Both the position numbers and the translations under genes were made by a program. Below the pieces are notes generated by a model. It was not told where the DNA came from and searched no databases. It worked only from the letters and a program-made list of their open reading frames with translations. Of a stretch of 64,000 nucleotides of DNA, positions 1-13,659 are shown piece by piece. The first letter of the stretch is position 1, and each line of letters opens with the position of its first letter. The stretch lies in assembly GCA_964035545.1 (NCBI GenBank), contig OZ037770.1, forward strand, positions 1,426,001-1,490,000, read 5' to 3'. The stretch comes from Bugula neritina (taxonomy: Eukaryota; Animalia; Bryozoa).

Positions 1-709
1 ATAAAAAACTACATAATTCTATAAAATAAGTCAAATTATATGAGGACAGAATCATTGTGATTATCAGACAGCTGTTTGAAACTAATATAATATGTCTATT
101 TATTGTGTAATATTTTTTATTGAATCCACACGCTTCATATTATTCTTGGATTATTTTTGACGTTGAATGCATTTTTATAGAGTACGTGAAATCTGCAACT
201 GCATTATTGGTCAAGCTGGTGGACTAAAGTTGTTAACGAAGCACTTTGTTGTCAGTATATTACAGCATACATCGCACCTTTATAATGTAGCATGAGTTGT
301 ATTATTGCAGAAGCTAGTATATATATATATACAGGCATTTTAAAACTTGTCCAAAGTAAAAAAATAAAGGTGTTTTAGCAAAATTTGGCTAAACAGCAAA
401 GAATCTTTATAGAGATAGTTTAAAGTATGCTGCATTGTCTTGTTCTTTTAATTATACTGATGATCACATCCACTTACCCTCTGTCTAATGTGCTTGATTT
501 ACTTTGAGATTAACAAACTGCATGCAGTTCACTGACAGAATAGAACTGGAGTTTGTATAATTGCATATAATATATTAGATATTTGGTTTCTGCAGTGAAA
601 TTTTTAACATATTTTTTGTTACAGGTATAGCGATAGCCAAAGCTTCTCAATATTCTGCCTTCAAGCAGCATTCAATATCTCAAGTTAAAATTCGGGAGCT
701 AAGTCTAAA

Positions 710-2089
710 ATGGCCTCTTACAAATCATACTTTCAACTGTTTCGATATGGCCTCTATTTAATGCTTTACATAATTTTGAGAAGTTTCCAGCTTTTGTACT
801 GGAAGATCAATGGGTTACAGAGTCACTTGCTTAGATGCAACGAGGGGCATAACTACGAAACCTCTGCTCAACTGCTCAAAGTTTGGGGAAGGTGTAAGTC
901 GACCACATTTACTATACACTACAGACGCCACTTCCTGTCCACGCATGTCCAGGTCGTAAACCCCGAACTGGCCTTACAAAGTCATGTTTCCCTCATGACC
1001 GTTACTGACAAGGAAGCTATCTTTTGCATTACCCCTTTAAATGAGGATCTGTATGACACAAGGAAACACCCGTTCTTTCTGCATGCCCAGTATTCGTACG
1101 CCGAGTTCTTATTGATAATGCCAGTTAGTTCATTCATCCGTTTAGCTGAGACTGCTGGAGACCCAAAGGAGAAAGTGATCTGGCTGCACCATTTAGGTAG
1201 ATGTGGCTCTACTGCAACGTCTCAAGTGTTCAACACCTTACCAGATGTTTCGATGATCACTGAACCAATGTGCTTCTTTTCTCTTGATCAGACTTTCAAA
1301 TATAAGTACTTTGATGATCTTGATTACAATTGGGAAGACAGTATGGAATATCACCTGCTATACAAAAGCACTGTGCGGCTCTTATTAAAACCAAATGGTA
1401 AACAGAAGAAAGTAACAGTTGTGAAAGCTACAGCAATGTCTATGAAAACCGATTTAAAGTTGCTGTCAGCTATGTTTCCACATTACATCCACATATTTCT
1501 CTACCGACAGGCTAAAGACCAGGTTCCGTCCATATTCAAAGCTGTAGGTAACACAATGGCGGAGAGAGACCTCACCTTAGCTATTGCTTCCAACCGCGTC
1601 ACATCACGACTGCTCTCTAAAGTTAAGCCGCTGGTCCTCATGAATTACATCTGCACGAATAGAAATCATGTAAAATGGGTTTTCAATGAGGAGAATACAC
1701 GCAATCGTTCAAGGCTCGTATCATTTCTTTATCACTGGTGTGAAACTTGTCACCACTTTAAACTCTTGGTGGAAGAGTTTCACCAACGCACCACAATCCT
1801 AGCTTTTAGGTTTGAAGATTTTCAAGCTAGCCCGATTAATTTTTTTCACACGATGCTTACCAAGATTGGACTTGAATTATCAGATGACCAAACAACTTTG
1901 GCCCTGCAAGACAACAGCCAGAATAGATCACATGTGAGCAAAACTCTAGTTGCAAATAACCCCAAAGCGTCTGTCACCCCGGAATTTGTAAAAGAAGCCA
2001 ACAGATATTTAAGTTATTTTGGTTTGCCAGATTGGGGGAATGATATAGTATTGCCCAATACTGTTGATTGTTCCAGGCCGAGTCAATAA
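710..2089 (+). CDS. Sulfotransferase-fold (P-loop/PAPS-binding) protein, 459 aa, single coding exon
   Basis: Long uninterrupted ORF with VIWLHHLGRCGST (5'-PSB-like loop), a downstream EP, HIFLYR...S (3'-PB-like) and RFEDF (YEDL-like) motifs. Hydrophobic N-terminal segment. Splice acceptor ttttttgttacag ends at 624 (5'UTR intron). AATAAA at 2085 and 2106. Confidence 0.8.
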   Translation: MASYKSYFQLFRYGLYLMLYIILRSFQLLYWKINGLQSHLLRCNEGHNYETSAQLLKVWGRCKSTTFTIHYRRHFLSTHVQVVNPELALQSHVSLMTVTDKEAIFCITPLNEDLYDTRKHPFFLHAQYSYAEFLLIMPVSSFIRLAETAGDPKEKVIWLHHLGRCGSTATSQVFNTLPDVSMITEPMCFFSLDQTFKYKYFDDLDYNWEDSMEYHLLYKSTVRLLLKPNGKQKKVTVVKATAMSMKTDLKLLSAMFPHYIHIFLYRQAKDQVPSIFKAVGNTMAERDLTLAIASNRVTSRLLSKVKPLVLMNYICTNRNHVKWVFNEENTRNRSRLVSFLYHWCETCHHFKLLVEEFHQRTTILAFRFEDFQASPINFFHTMLTKIGLELSDDQTTLALQDNSQNRSHVSKTLVANNPKASVTPEFVKEANRYLSYFGLPDWGNDIVLPNTVDCSRPSQ

Positions 2090-2821
2090 ATTGTTCAAAC
2101 ATTGAAATAAAGAAAATTTGCAATGATGAAGAAAACTATTTTAAGTCATACTATTTTATTGGTTACATGTTTTATAGTTACATATATTATTTAAAGCCAA
2201 ACAAAACATATTGAGTCTCAGAAGACGATTAGACCAAATTAATATTTATACATATTATATTGTATTTATGTTTATTCTTAATTATAGGTAAATATATTCT
2301 TATAGTATATATATTAGCATATTTATAAATTTTGTCTAGTGTTGGCTCAAGATTTAAAAAGGTTTTTGCTGGAACTTTAGTGGCTATATTATCATTGTTG
2401 TTTTCAACTTACTGCTTGTATAAATTTAGGGTGTATTAGCAAACTAAAAAAATTGTTTTTGCTTAGAAGTTATAGGTGGTTTTGGGCTAATTTTTTTGAA
2501 AAATAAAAATAAAGGTGACTGTAAACTTGATCAACAAGATATTCAACTGCGTCATGATTTATAATTTTGTTAAAATTACAATAGGGAGTTGTCAACCCTC
2601 CTTATACCAGCACTTTTGATATTTGACAGCATACTATACATTTGGCTGAAACTTATAGGTTTTTTTTCCATTTTAGGATTATATTCACATTTAAATTTGT
2701 TTTGCAGTAACTTACTCAATCTTGTATATGATAAATATTTGATAATGTATGCTTAAAGAACTGCTAGTATATGTATAATTTAAGGTAACGCGAGAGCCTT
2801 TTCTCAGTTTAAAAACAGATG

Positions 2822-3048
2822 CTCACTCACTCGCTCACTCACTCGCTCACTCACTCGCTCACTCGCTCACTCACTCACTCACTCACTCACTCACTCACTC
2901 ACTCACTCACTCACTCACTCACTCACTCACTCACTCACTCACTCACTCACTCACTCACTCACTCACTCACTCACTCACTCACTCACTCACTCACTCACTC
3001 TCTCACTCACTCACTCTCTCACTCATTCACTCACTCACTCACTCACTC
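2822..3048. repeat. (TCAC)n tetranucleotide microsatellite
   Basis: Direct reading; explains the spurious THSL-repeat ORF. Confidence 0.97.
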
Positions 3049-3754
3049 AGTCCCCAACAGCAATTTCTCTACCGCTAAATAATTAGAAAAAAATATGATG
3101 TTTTTGATAACTGTTGGTTGCACCTATTTATTACTGTAAAATGGATCACAAATAAAATGGTGCTCTTTGGATGACAATCAACAATATGAAAAAGTACTAG
3201 CAATAACTATTTATAAATACATATTTCTGTGTATTGAATGAATACATATTACATATTGAGAATCACATGTTATATAGGCTACAGCAAATTTTTTATAGAA
3301 CTAAGGTGTTAGGGATAATAAAATAATTGAATACCAAAGTACATCACAATTTTATCTGCATAATGATCAGCACAACTCTAAAGAAAGACTAAATTCACTC
3401 AAAAAAGAACAACTTACTATAAGCAGTTCAGTTATAAAAAGGACATCTTTATTAATGGCATGTTTATAAATAACGGAAATATAAACTTTTGCAATGGCAT
3501 GCAAAACGACTGCTTAACACATATTATGTTCATTGACAAGCAAGTATATGGGACATGCAGGACAACATTATAGCAGATAATCATTATAGTTTGGGATTGG
3601 AATGCATTCCTTGGCACTGTACCATATTTCCCTTATAGGGTTGACACAGCATTGGTTTCTTACCAGGCTTTATTGTAAAATAGTATGTATACTATAGACA
3701 AGCTTATTGGAACTGCATAAAGAATGCTTAATAAAGCAAAGTATACAAATAATT

Positions 3755-4090
3755 TATAATATATGTATATAACAGTATATTTAATATACAACAGTATATA
3801 TTACATGTTATAACAGTATATGATGTATAACAGTATATAATATATATAACGGGATATAATATATAATATATAACGGTATATAATATATAATATATAACAT
3901 TATATAATATATATATATATATAATGGGATATAATATATAATATATAACAGTATATAATATATAATATATAACGGGATATAATATATAATATATAACGGT
4001 ATATAATATATACTATATAACATTATATAATATATATATATATATATATAACGGGATATAATATATAATATATAACGGTGTATAATATAT
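3755..4090. repeat. AT-rich minisatellite, ~24-bp unit (tataacgggatataatatataata variants)
   Basis: Recurrent tataacgg/tataacag units separated by TA runs. Confidence 0.85.
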
Positions 4091-4298
4091 CTTCCAGAAA
4101 AAATGTAGAGAGTTTGATCAGGATCAAGCTACATCTGTATCTAGCATTTGCAGACTAATTAGTGAAGGCATGTGGCACAGCACTCAGAGACTTGATTTGA
4201 TACTGCTTGAGGGAAAACCTTGTCCTAGAAGTTTATGTCAGTATTATTCAAGAGATTTACAAGATGTGCAAGGCAAGGATGTTCACATGTTTTTACAT

Positions 4299-4515
4299 AT
4301 CTCCACAGGCGTTCACAGGCGTTCACAGGTGTCCACAGGTGTTCACAGGTGTCCACAGTAGTCTACAGATATCCACAAGTGTCCACAGGTGTCCACAAGT
4401 GTTCACAGGTGTTGACAAGTATCCACATGTGTCCACAGGTGTCCACAGGTGTCCACAAATATTCACAGGTGTCCACAGGTGTCCACAGGTGTTCACAGGT
4501 GTCTACAGGTGTCCC
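4299..4515. repeat. 10-bp minisatellite (gtccacaggt/gttcacaggt)
   Basis: About 20 tandem decamer variants. Confidence 0.92.
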
Positions 4516-5269
4516 CAGTAGTAGAAGAGACAGAGGTTACAAGTGTGAAAGTAAGTTTGTACTGCTTTTCTAAAAAATAGTTTTGCGCTTCAGAAATACC
4601 TTTCACTGCCCATGTTCTGGGAAAACGACTGGAACAAGTTTGAGAGACATGACATTATATTACAAATACATATAAGCAAATTTAAGTATTTGTAAAAAAC
4701 TAGTTGAGATAGTTAACTTTCTAATTGACAAACTGATGTTCTACTGTTTCCACATAAGCTAGGGTTGTCTATGGAGGTGTAACATATATATACTATTCTG
4801 AGATACACAACATAGTATACACATGCATATATAGGTACATGCAGATGCAAGAATATGCATGCACTAGCTGGGTACAGCTTTTTTGTTACACATAAATATC
4901 TTCTTGTTAAGCACAAAATATTTTAGTTTTTGATTCCTTGTAAATATTTTCTTTTTTTCCTTGTCAAACCTAAGTTCTCAAAAAGACAAGAATGCAGATA
5001 ACATCAGCTTACGTGCTCAATTTTTCTTAGCATGCATTGTATTAAAGTCACAAAAATCTTAGTTTAGGTTTTGGCTTGCATAAAAACATGCAAGAAGGAA
5101 GTTATTTTATTATTCTATGTAATTCTTTAAAAGCTGATTTCTTTTCTTTATTAAGTGCATCTTCTCAAAATGACAAGAATATAGATAAGATCAGCAGCCA
5201 TTTATTCTCATACCAGACTTTGACGTCTGCTTTATATTCATTGTGAACTTATTTCTATGTATAGCTTAA

Positions 5270-5665
5270 TAATATACACTGTAATAATATATATATATAT
5301 ATATATATACACGGTATTTTACCTACTGTAACACAGCGTAATACAGTGTGTATATATAATTTACACTGTATTACAGTATGTAATATATAATGTATTACAT
5401 GCTGTAATACAGCGTAATATAGCGTGTATATACATATGTATTACACTGTATTACAATATGTTTCAGTGTATTACAATGTATTACACATATTTCATTCCAT
5501 TACAATGCATTACAGCAGTATATTATACAGTATATTACAGTATGTTTCAGTATACATTACATTGTATAACAGTATCTTTCAGTCTGGTACAATGCATTAT
5601 ACAGTATATTAGCTTACATTGTATTGCATTACATTGCAGTGCATTGGGGTGCATTACAATATATT
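5270..5665. repeat. Degenerate low-complexity repeat (gtattaca/tacag-type)
   Basis: Repeated tattacag/tattacat/tattacac words. Confidence 0.65.
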
Positions 5666-8600
5666 TGAGCATGTTAATGTATACAATTGTACCAAAGTAT
5701 GAGAACTAACATACATTCTCATTAGTATGATAGTTTCTGAGAATGTATAGTTGAATTATGTGAATGATGAAACATAGAGAATTAAAGTTTTATGGAGCAA
5801 ACGTGGTAGCTGGATGTAGATCAGTTTTTTGCATGCTTTAACTTAGTTAATCAAGTTGTCTATCTAAGTGCATAGTCTATAAGATGTTGCAGCGTTTTAA
5901 ATTAAGAAGTTTCTAGCAAAGCATATTATAACATTATAGGTAGTTTTAATGCTCTGGTTAAAATAGTAGTCTGACAACATTTCATGCAGTGGCACTACTT
6001 TTAAAAACGCGATTAGATTATAAAGACAGCTTTGATGTGAGTTTCTAACAGTTATATAACAAACTAAAGCTTTACTTTATTACTTAGCAAATTGTAGCAA
6101 AACTATACTTTTAGAAATCTGGGAAATTTTCAGTATATATTTTCCTAGAATGTTGTTTAGAGACATAAAAAAACTGCCTATGCACAACATACTTTGCATC
6201 TGTTTAGTATCTCGTAATTAGACATAAAAAAATCAAAGCCAATTATAAGGCAAAAGACCATAATACTGTACTATCATTGGATAGTTCTTCATCAATAAAC
6301 AGGTAGTCACCAGTGGTGGATATGAACCCCTCCTAGATGTTTCTCGTACTTCTTCCTCAAAAAGCATTTTCATTAAGCCAAAAAGAAATAACAATACACC
6401 TTTTTAGTTGACACTTTTTAATTTCTGACTGATATTTCACCTTATTTCCAATTATAATTAACTTTTAACTGGCACTTTTCTTTGTAGTAATTCCTACCCT
6501 TTAGACTGTGTACTTTGAAATGAGTCTGTTTTACTCGTTACATAAAGTATAGTTGCACTGGCTACAGGTTGACACAAAAGCAAGCCTATCTTGATAAAAT
6601 CATGCGCAAATGTAGAAACTACCGAGGAGTTTGTTCCTCATAATTAGAAATTGACAAATTATTTTTAATCCGTTTAAAAGCATCTGGTTAGGGAAGCATA
6701 TGCCGTGTTCATTTTGTTATTCTAGCATTAACAATAACAGAATGCAATAATTATAAGTTTATGAAAGTAATTTGTTTTCTTTCTAATTACAAATATAATA
6801 TTTTAGTATATATTGTAAATTTATAAGGCTTGCATTAGGAATAACGCAGCTAAAACATCATTTTCCTTAAAGTCTTAAAAATATATAAGTATAACATAAT
6901 ACACTATGCCAATAAACTTATTAAAGTACCAAGCAAGCTTAGCTAGTTTAAGAAAAATTACGCTAGGTAAATTCCCATTATTTATAGAATGCTTGCTGAT
7001 ATTAGCTTTTGATGTAATTAAAGTAAATTATTATTTATCTTTCTAGCTAAGGATTTCTTGCCGTAAGTTTTGCTTTTATGCATGGAGAAATGTCGTAACA
7101 AACGAGTTAAATTTTTATAGCACATAAAAATGTAATCTATAAGTCGAAGATATTTAAACTTAGCCATTAACTCATTTTAATTAGCAATGTAGCCTAAATC
7201 TAATACAATACAAAATATATACCAGTATATAAAATATATTTTTACCATATGCTGTTAATTACAGTATTTGTAAAACAAATTTTATGCTCATTAATTAAAT
7301 GCAACAAATATTTATAAAATACTAATAATGTTGAATAAATAAATTCAATATTTCCTTTTCTATTTAAATGGCTGCATAATTTCTTGCAAGGTTGTATAAA
7401 GGAGTTGTGGCCTACAACTTATTATGTGTTTAATTGCCACATATGTCTTAGGAAGAAGAAAACTTCCCAAAAATTCTTAGTTTGAAAATTCTAGTATAAT
7501 TAAAATCACTTAATATATGTCTTTGAAATGCATTTTGCCACTCTGCAAAATTGCAGGAACAAATATTGCATGAAGTAATAAATGATTTATGAAGTAATTA
7601 ACAAACCAATGTAAAAACTGTTGTTGTATATAGAACACAACATATTGATTTTCTTCAATTTCCACATCAAATCTATATATTCAATTATATCTAACCAATG
7701 CTAATAAACTAAACATGCATGCATACAAATATTTGCATCATATGCAAGTAATATTAGCTAATTAGCAACTATAGCATTTTTTTCATTATCTTTATTGCTT
7801 GCATATGTCTAAGTATTATTAAAATAAGGTTTTTATTTGCAACTTTGCACCACAAATTACATAAAATCTAAAAACTTGAGTTGTGACATGCATAGGGCTA
7901 CCTATACACAAATAGACCTTCATAAAACTCTCAATGATTTTATTCAACTCATGTATGCAAAAGTTTTGCATTAAAACAATTCTTCTAAATCACCCTAGAG
8001 CAGAAAATTATTACAAAAACAGCTTCTCATATATAATCTTTCTCCAGATTAATTTTTTTTCCTGTATTTAAACTAACTTAGCAAGTGAAGATTGTGATAT
8101 CACTCAGGTAATCACATATATATTATTCATAGCTGTAATACTTTAGCAATGAATAGATCATGTTTAATTTCCACTCTACCTAGCAGTTATTCAGAATTAT
8201 AGAGCTATGTATATCGTGAAATTGGAATAGCCTAATAGTTTTACATGTGTTTATAGCTAGACAAATTAACTTAAAAAGCTTACAATAATTAGATGATGTT
8301 TGCATTCTTTTGAAGGTTATGGTGAAGCTACTGCAAAACTGGCTATTAGTTTAGCATAATATGCAATGCCACGCAAAAGCATGCCAAACAAGCAATGTTT
8401 ATTTACCTTACCAGTGCAATTTTATCACCTTAAACACAAAAGCAAGTATAAAATACACATCCATATTAGATTAACTGTCAAGTTAAAAAAAGACGACATA
8501 TATTCATGAGCTGGTTCTGTTTGCACAAGTACAATTTAGACCAGCTTATTATTTAGATTGCCGCAAAAATATGACGTAAAATATGTCTTTAATCATTATT

Positions 8601-10602
8601 TTGATATTCACTGGTTGAAGATATTTTTTATATCCTAATATGTAAATATTGTACATAAATCTTAAAAATTAACTAGGTGAATAAGGAAAACTGCTAATTT
8701 TATGAAACTGTTATGTTAATAAAGACAATGGCTATCAACAAATCCCACCAGACCACAAACTAATTGTAAATACTAAAGCAATTATATAGTGCTATGTGTT
8801 GATCTAGCCTAGTCAATACACCACAAATATGTATTATGACATACCACATTTTAAGTACTGGGTTACCATTTATTCTAATGGGTATTTGTTTAAACTGTTA
8901 TATACAGCTTTTTGCACTACCAATATACAAGCCAGTTGTTATTCTGTCACTTTTTATCTACATCTCTTTTTAATGCCAGTTACTTGTTAGCTTCAGTACA
9001 AACAGCTAAACATTCTACTCTACAGCCAATCTTACTGTTAACTCTTGTTTAACAATATTACAAGAATCTAAAAATTTGAGTGTGTTTTAAGTATAATATT
9101 CTATCATTATAACTTTTAAATGAAACAATAATATGATAAATGCATTATAACTTTCTGAAAAGTTTGTTTGCAAAGTATATGTTTTTGGAAAATAGTTTTA
9201 CAACATTTGCTAGGAGCATTATATTTATTCCTATCTAAAATAATTTTGTTTGAACTGCTATGTTTGTAATCATGTAATCAGAAGTAAAGCATCAGTAAAA
9301 TGAGTATAAGTAGAAGCTTGACAGCTACATTAGGCATTGCTACATAGTACATAAATATATGGCCGTATTAAAAATACTTAGCTGCATTCACAGATAAATG
9401 CATGGCTTGGAATTACAATACCATGAATACATTATTTATTTAGCTGGGTAACTATACAATTATGCCAAAGTGAAAAGCTTTTGGTTATTAATGCCTGAAA
9501 TGTCTAACAATCTACTTAGGAGACCACCTTGTTGTTACAGAGTGAATGAGTTATTTGTTTGGCATTTGGATGATGGCACAAAGAAAGGCTATTTGGTTTG
9601 TTACTTGAGACTAGTAGCAAACTGCTACAGTCATAGCATCTTAGAAGATTTTGCATCACTTGCTAGAATTGTACATTATTTTAATGTAGCTATTGAAATT
9701 AATATCGCACTGAAAACACAGTATTGCAAAATCTTAAGCTGTACATAATTATATTATGCATCAAAAAGTACTTCTGCTATTCGACTATCCCAGGTTTATT
9801 TTAAACTAGCACTGCCAAAGTGCCTTGACTCTATTACAGTGTTTACTAGCTAATTTTGTTCTTCTCAATAGTGAAATAGATCTATTGCAAGAAATTAATG
9901 ACTAGATATAACAATAATGATTTTTAGGCAAGACTTTCGCATCTATATTGCTCATCTGCTAGCTTGAAATACCCCTCTCCTTGGACTAATCTCAGGCTTT
10001 TCATTGTTGTTTAAACAGTTTTTAAACTCCTATTTCAATAAATCATTACCAACACTGCCTGCATGTATTAATATTCATTAGTGCCATCAATGCACTGTGG
10101 AGACAGCACCTGATGTTCTGTATATTACATTATAGTACAGAGATACTAAATCCAAAACATCTAAAATAATTGATGCTTCTACCAGATTTTTAGCACACCT
10201 ATAATATGTATTCCTGTAGTAAATATTAATAAGATGTTTTAACTGATAGTTTTTATGCCATTATAATAGTTTGATACTATAACTACAACTTGAAACTCTT
10301 TAACCAGCACATTGGTTAGTAATATTGCTTCTTGATATTTAATTGCTGGTTCACAAACTATCAATAATAGGGATGCATATCAAAACTTGACTGCATTCAT
10401 AATATGATTTTAATGCTAGGTAATGACTAAGCATGTCTGGCTGATATGAGGTGACTATTTTGTACACTGTTTAACAACATCAGCTTTTTGGGTTCATTTA
10501 AAGCATCTGCAAATCTGTATTATACATAATTACTGTTAGGGCCAATTAATTAAATTGTTAACCCTGAAATGCTTTTTACACTGTAATACTAAGTAGTAAA
10601 AG

Positions 10603-10643
<41 letters not shown>

Positions 10644-11207
10644 TTGTAATTTATACATAACATTGTGCATTTAAAAAAAATCACAAAATACATAATTCAT
10701 TAGCTAAATTTCAAGGCGTTTTGTAGGTAGTGGGTTAATGTCAATAAAGTAGAATCCGGGAAGTTGAGTAGCTTTATTCAAGAGGAAGGCTCTCCAACAG
10801 TTCTACCAAAGCCTAAATAACATGTATAAAATAAAGGTTATATGCACAATTTTTTTTCCAAAACAGCCTGCAACTGTTTTGCTATTGCATATGCCCTATG
10901 CCATTCATCAAGTAGAACAATTTTTACCAGGATATTTAGAAAAGTTGACACAAGGGCTTTATAAACTATGTAACAGTAAAACTGTGAGTAGAAATTAATT
11001 GACACTAATGAATAATGCTTTAGGTGCTGGCAACAACCATAAAAGAAAAGTTATATAACAAACAAGTAGAAAAAGCACTAAACAAATCAACAGCATTATA
11101 TACAATTGGGGCACATACATGAAAACAGCAGCTAGTGTCATTTTCTTAAGAGAGCACTATTTTAGGTATAAATTTAAGAAGTATTAGAAAATGCAGAAAT
11201 TTACTGC

Positions 11208-11612
11208 AATTGGTTCATTTTATTTAAGTTAGTACATACTGAAGATCTCAAGTTTTTGCTAATGAACATGAGTTTTGGCCCGAAACTAAAAAATATCAAT
11301 AAATACACCTAAATAATTAAGGCTCTTTTTAATTTTCTTTGATTTCCTATGCTTTTTTCTAATTACAGCAACTTCTGACTGGGGATCGCCACGGTTAGTT
11401 TGTAACAGTAGGCAATCCAAATGAAATGAATAAATAGGAAAAAACATGAGAAATCATGCAAAATTAAGAAGAACCTTGATTATTTAGGTGTATTTCTTGA
11501 TGTCTCACTAATTTTAAGCAAAAAGCATTGTTCATTAGCAGCTAAAATGTAAAAATGGCTAAAAACTGCAGATTTCCAGTGTGTACTAAATTAAATAAAA
11601 GGACTCAATCAC
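11208..11612. mobile_element. Foldback/MITE-like element with long imperfect inverted arms (inside copy A)
   Basis: 11208-11360 is the diverged reverse complement of 11437-11612 (e.g. aaatacacctaaataat / attatttaggtgtattt; gctaatgaaca / tgttcattagc). Confidence 0.7.
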
Positions 11613-13659
11613 CTTTGCAACATAATTCAATAATTGCATGGTCAAGCAGAATAAACTACAATTAACAGCAACAACAGTGTAATAGTTGCGTAGAAAAGTT
11701 GTACTGCAAAAAACTAAAAGAATGCAAAATCTATAAATGTGTGCTACCAAGTAAATGCTGAACAGACATCATGAAATAGTGTACGAAATACAAACTATTA
11801 AACTTACCTGTTGATCTAATGCAGCCAAAACCTTAAGCTTAGAGTAGTGGAATGGTGCTGTTCGATGTTGATATGCTACAAGTAGCTAAGATGACTCAAA
11901 TTCTTGCCTTTAGGAGTAAGAGGCCTCAGCTCAGTTTCAACAAAACTTCCAATAATCTCAACGGATGCGCTCAATTAGGAGCCACAACAAAGCACACCCA
12001 TGTCATTTTAGTAAACTCTAAAAAATGAACGGAAATAAAACTGTTAGAGAGTAAACAGAGAAACATATAGTGATGGGGGAAAAACCTGTCAGCAAAGGTT
12101 ATATACACTCATAGCCATAACACGAAGAAAAAGATAATGAATAACAACCTATTCAAGATGACACAAGAAACCAAACAAATTTCTTTGACTAAAAAATATA
12201 ATTAAATACTATATTACTTGGCAAAAAATATTTGTTTTGAACAACGTATTATTGGGAAGAATTGCCAGTGTCTTAAATTTTGAGATTAAAGTTTCTGCCT
12301 TATAGCGGAAATAGAGAGGCAATCAATAGTGTACAAAACATGTTTTCAGTCATTGGCTGTTGACTAAATTGACAAAGTTAAAGAAAGCTTCCATATCATT
12401 ATTTATTTTGTTCTCAAGTGTGTGGTTACAGTTTCATGAGTCAGAAATATAATTATTTGAGATATGAAATCAAATGTAGTCAAAAGAGTGTCATACAATT
12501 TAAAATGTAGTAATAGAGCTTTGACAATAATTTCTTCTGCTAAGTAAAACAGGTACCATTATGTGCTACTTATCTTTTAGAGATGAACATCAAGGATGTT
12601 GAAAACAAAATAGTTGTAAATTACAGCAAATACCTTTCTACTTACCTAACCAGAGAAAATAAGTTTTCAACCTTGCATGCACTCAGCTGGTTTTCAATGT
12701 TTGGATCAGTGACATCTTTATAACTGATAGCAGCATTATGTGATAGCTTTAGGAATTGTTACCTTAAATCTAAATTATATAGAACTAGAAGTGCAAAAAT
12801 ATGGCATTAGTACTCATTGCACAATACACACTTGCTAGAGTAGCTAATCTAGCATCACATCAATTTAAGAAAGACAAAATTTTATTACTGTTCACAAATG
12901 ATGAATATTAAAAGTTGAATAATTAGACAAATTAACAATGATATTGATGTTACTTCAAACATTACTAATGGTAAACACCAAAATACTAATAGGAATAGTC
13001 ATGTTAACATCAATTAGAAAAGTAAAGATAATTTGAAAATGAGACAGTTTATAGGTCTAACTCTTATAGTTGACAAGCAATTACAGGGCAGTCATATTGA
13101 TGTAGGCTACCCTCAAAATGTAGCACTTTAAAAATATTAAAAAGACAGCACATATAAGAACATAATCTTAAAAATAGGCATATGTGACACCTATATTTTG
13201 ATTAACAAAGAAATCTTCTTTACTTTATTAATCTAGCTCATATAATGGTATTCTGTCTTAGTATGTTATTTTAATACTTGAAATCTAATCAGCTACAGAA
13301 AAGTACTTCAATTCAAAGGCCTTCATAATTATTCTTTAGTTTGCTATTTAAATAGACAGTAAGGTTGATGAATAAAATAAAAGTTAGTAAAGTAAAAACT
13401 AAATAAATTGAGAATAATATCTCCACTCTAAGGTTATAATCCTTATAAATTAACATTTTAATACTCCTGTTATCCTTAGGTATAGTTGTTAGCAATTTAA
13501 CTATGAGCTCAAAGCCAAATGTCAGTATCAGCATCCCCATTACATTGACTAAGACTGACTTTATAACCCTCAAGCTGTGGCACTCAATTTCTATAAGTAG
13601 TAACTAATAACAAATATAAAATTATTTATTTGCTACTGATAGTGATAATAATTAAAAAT

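Noticed and set aside
4170-4573. ORFs over the decamer array; CRISPR-like appearance
   Set aside because: Tandem repeats without unique spacers in a eukaryotic context; the ORFs are by-products of the repeat.
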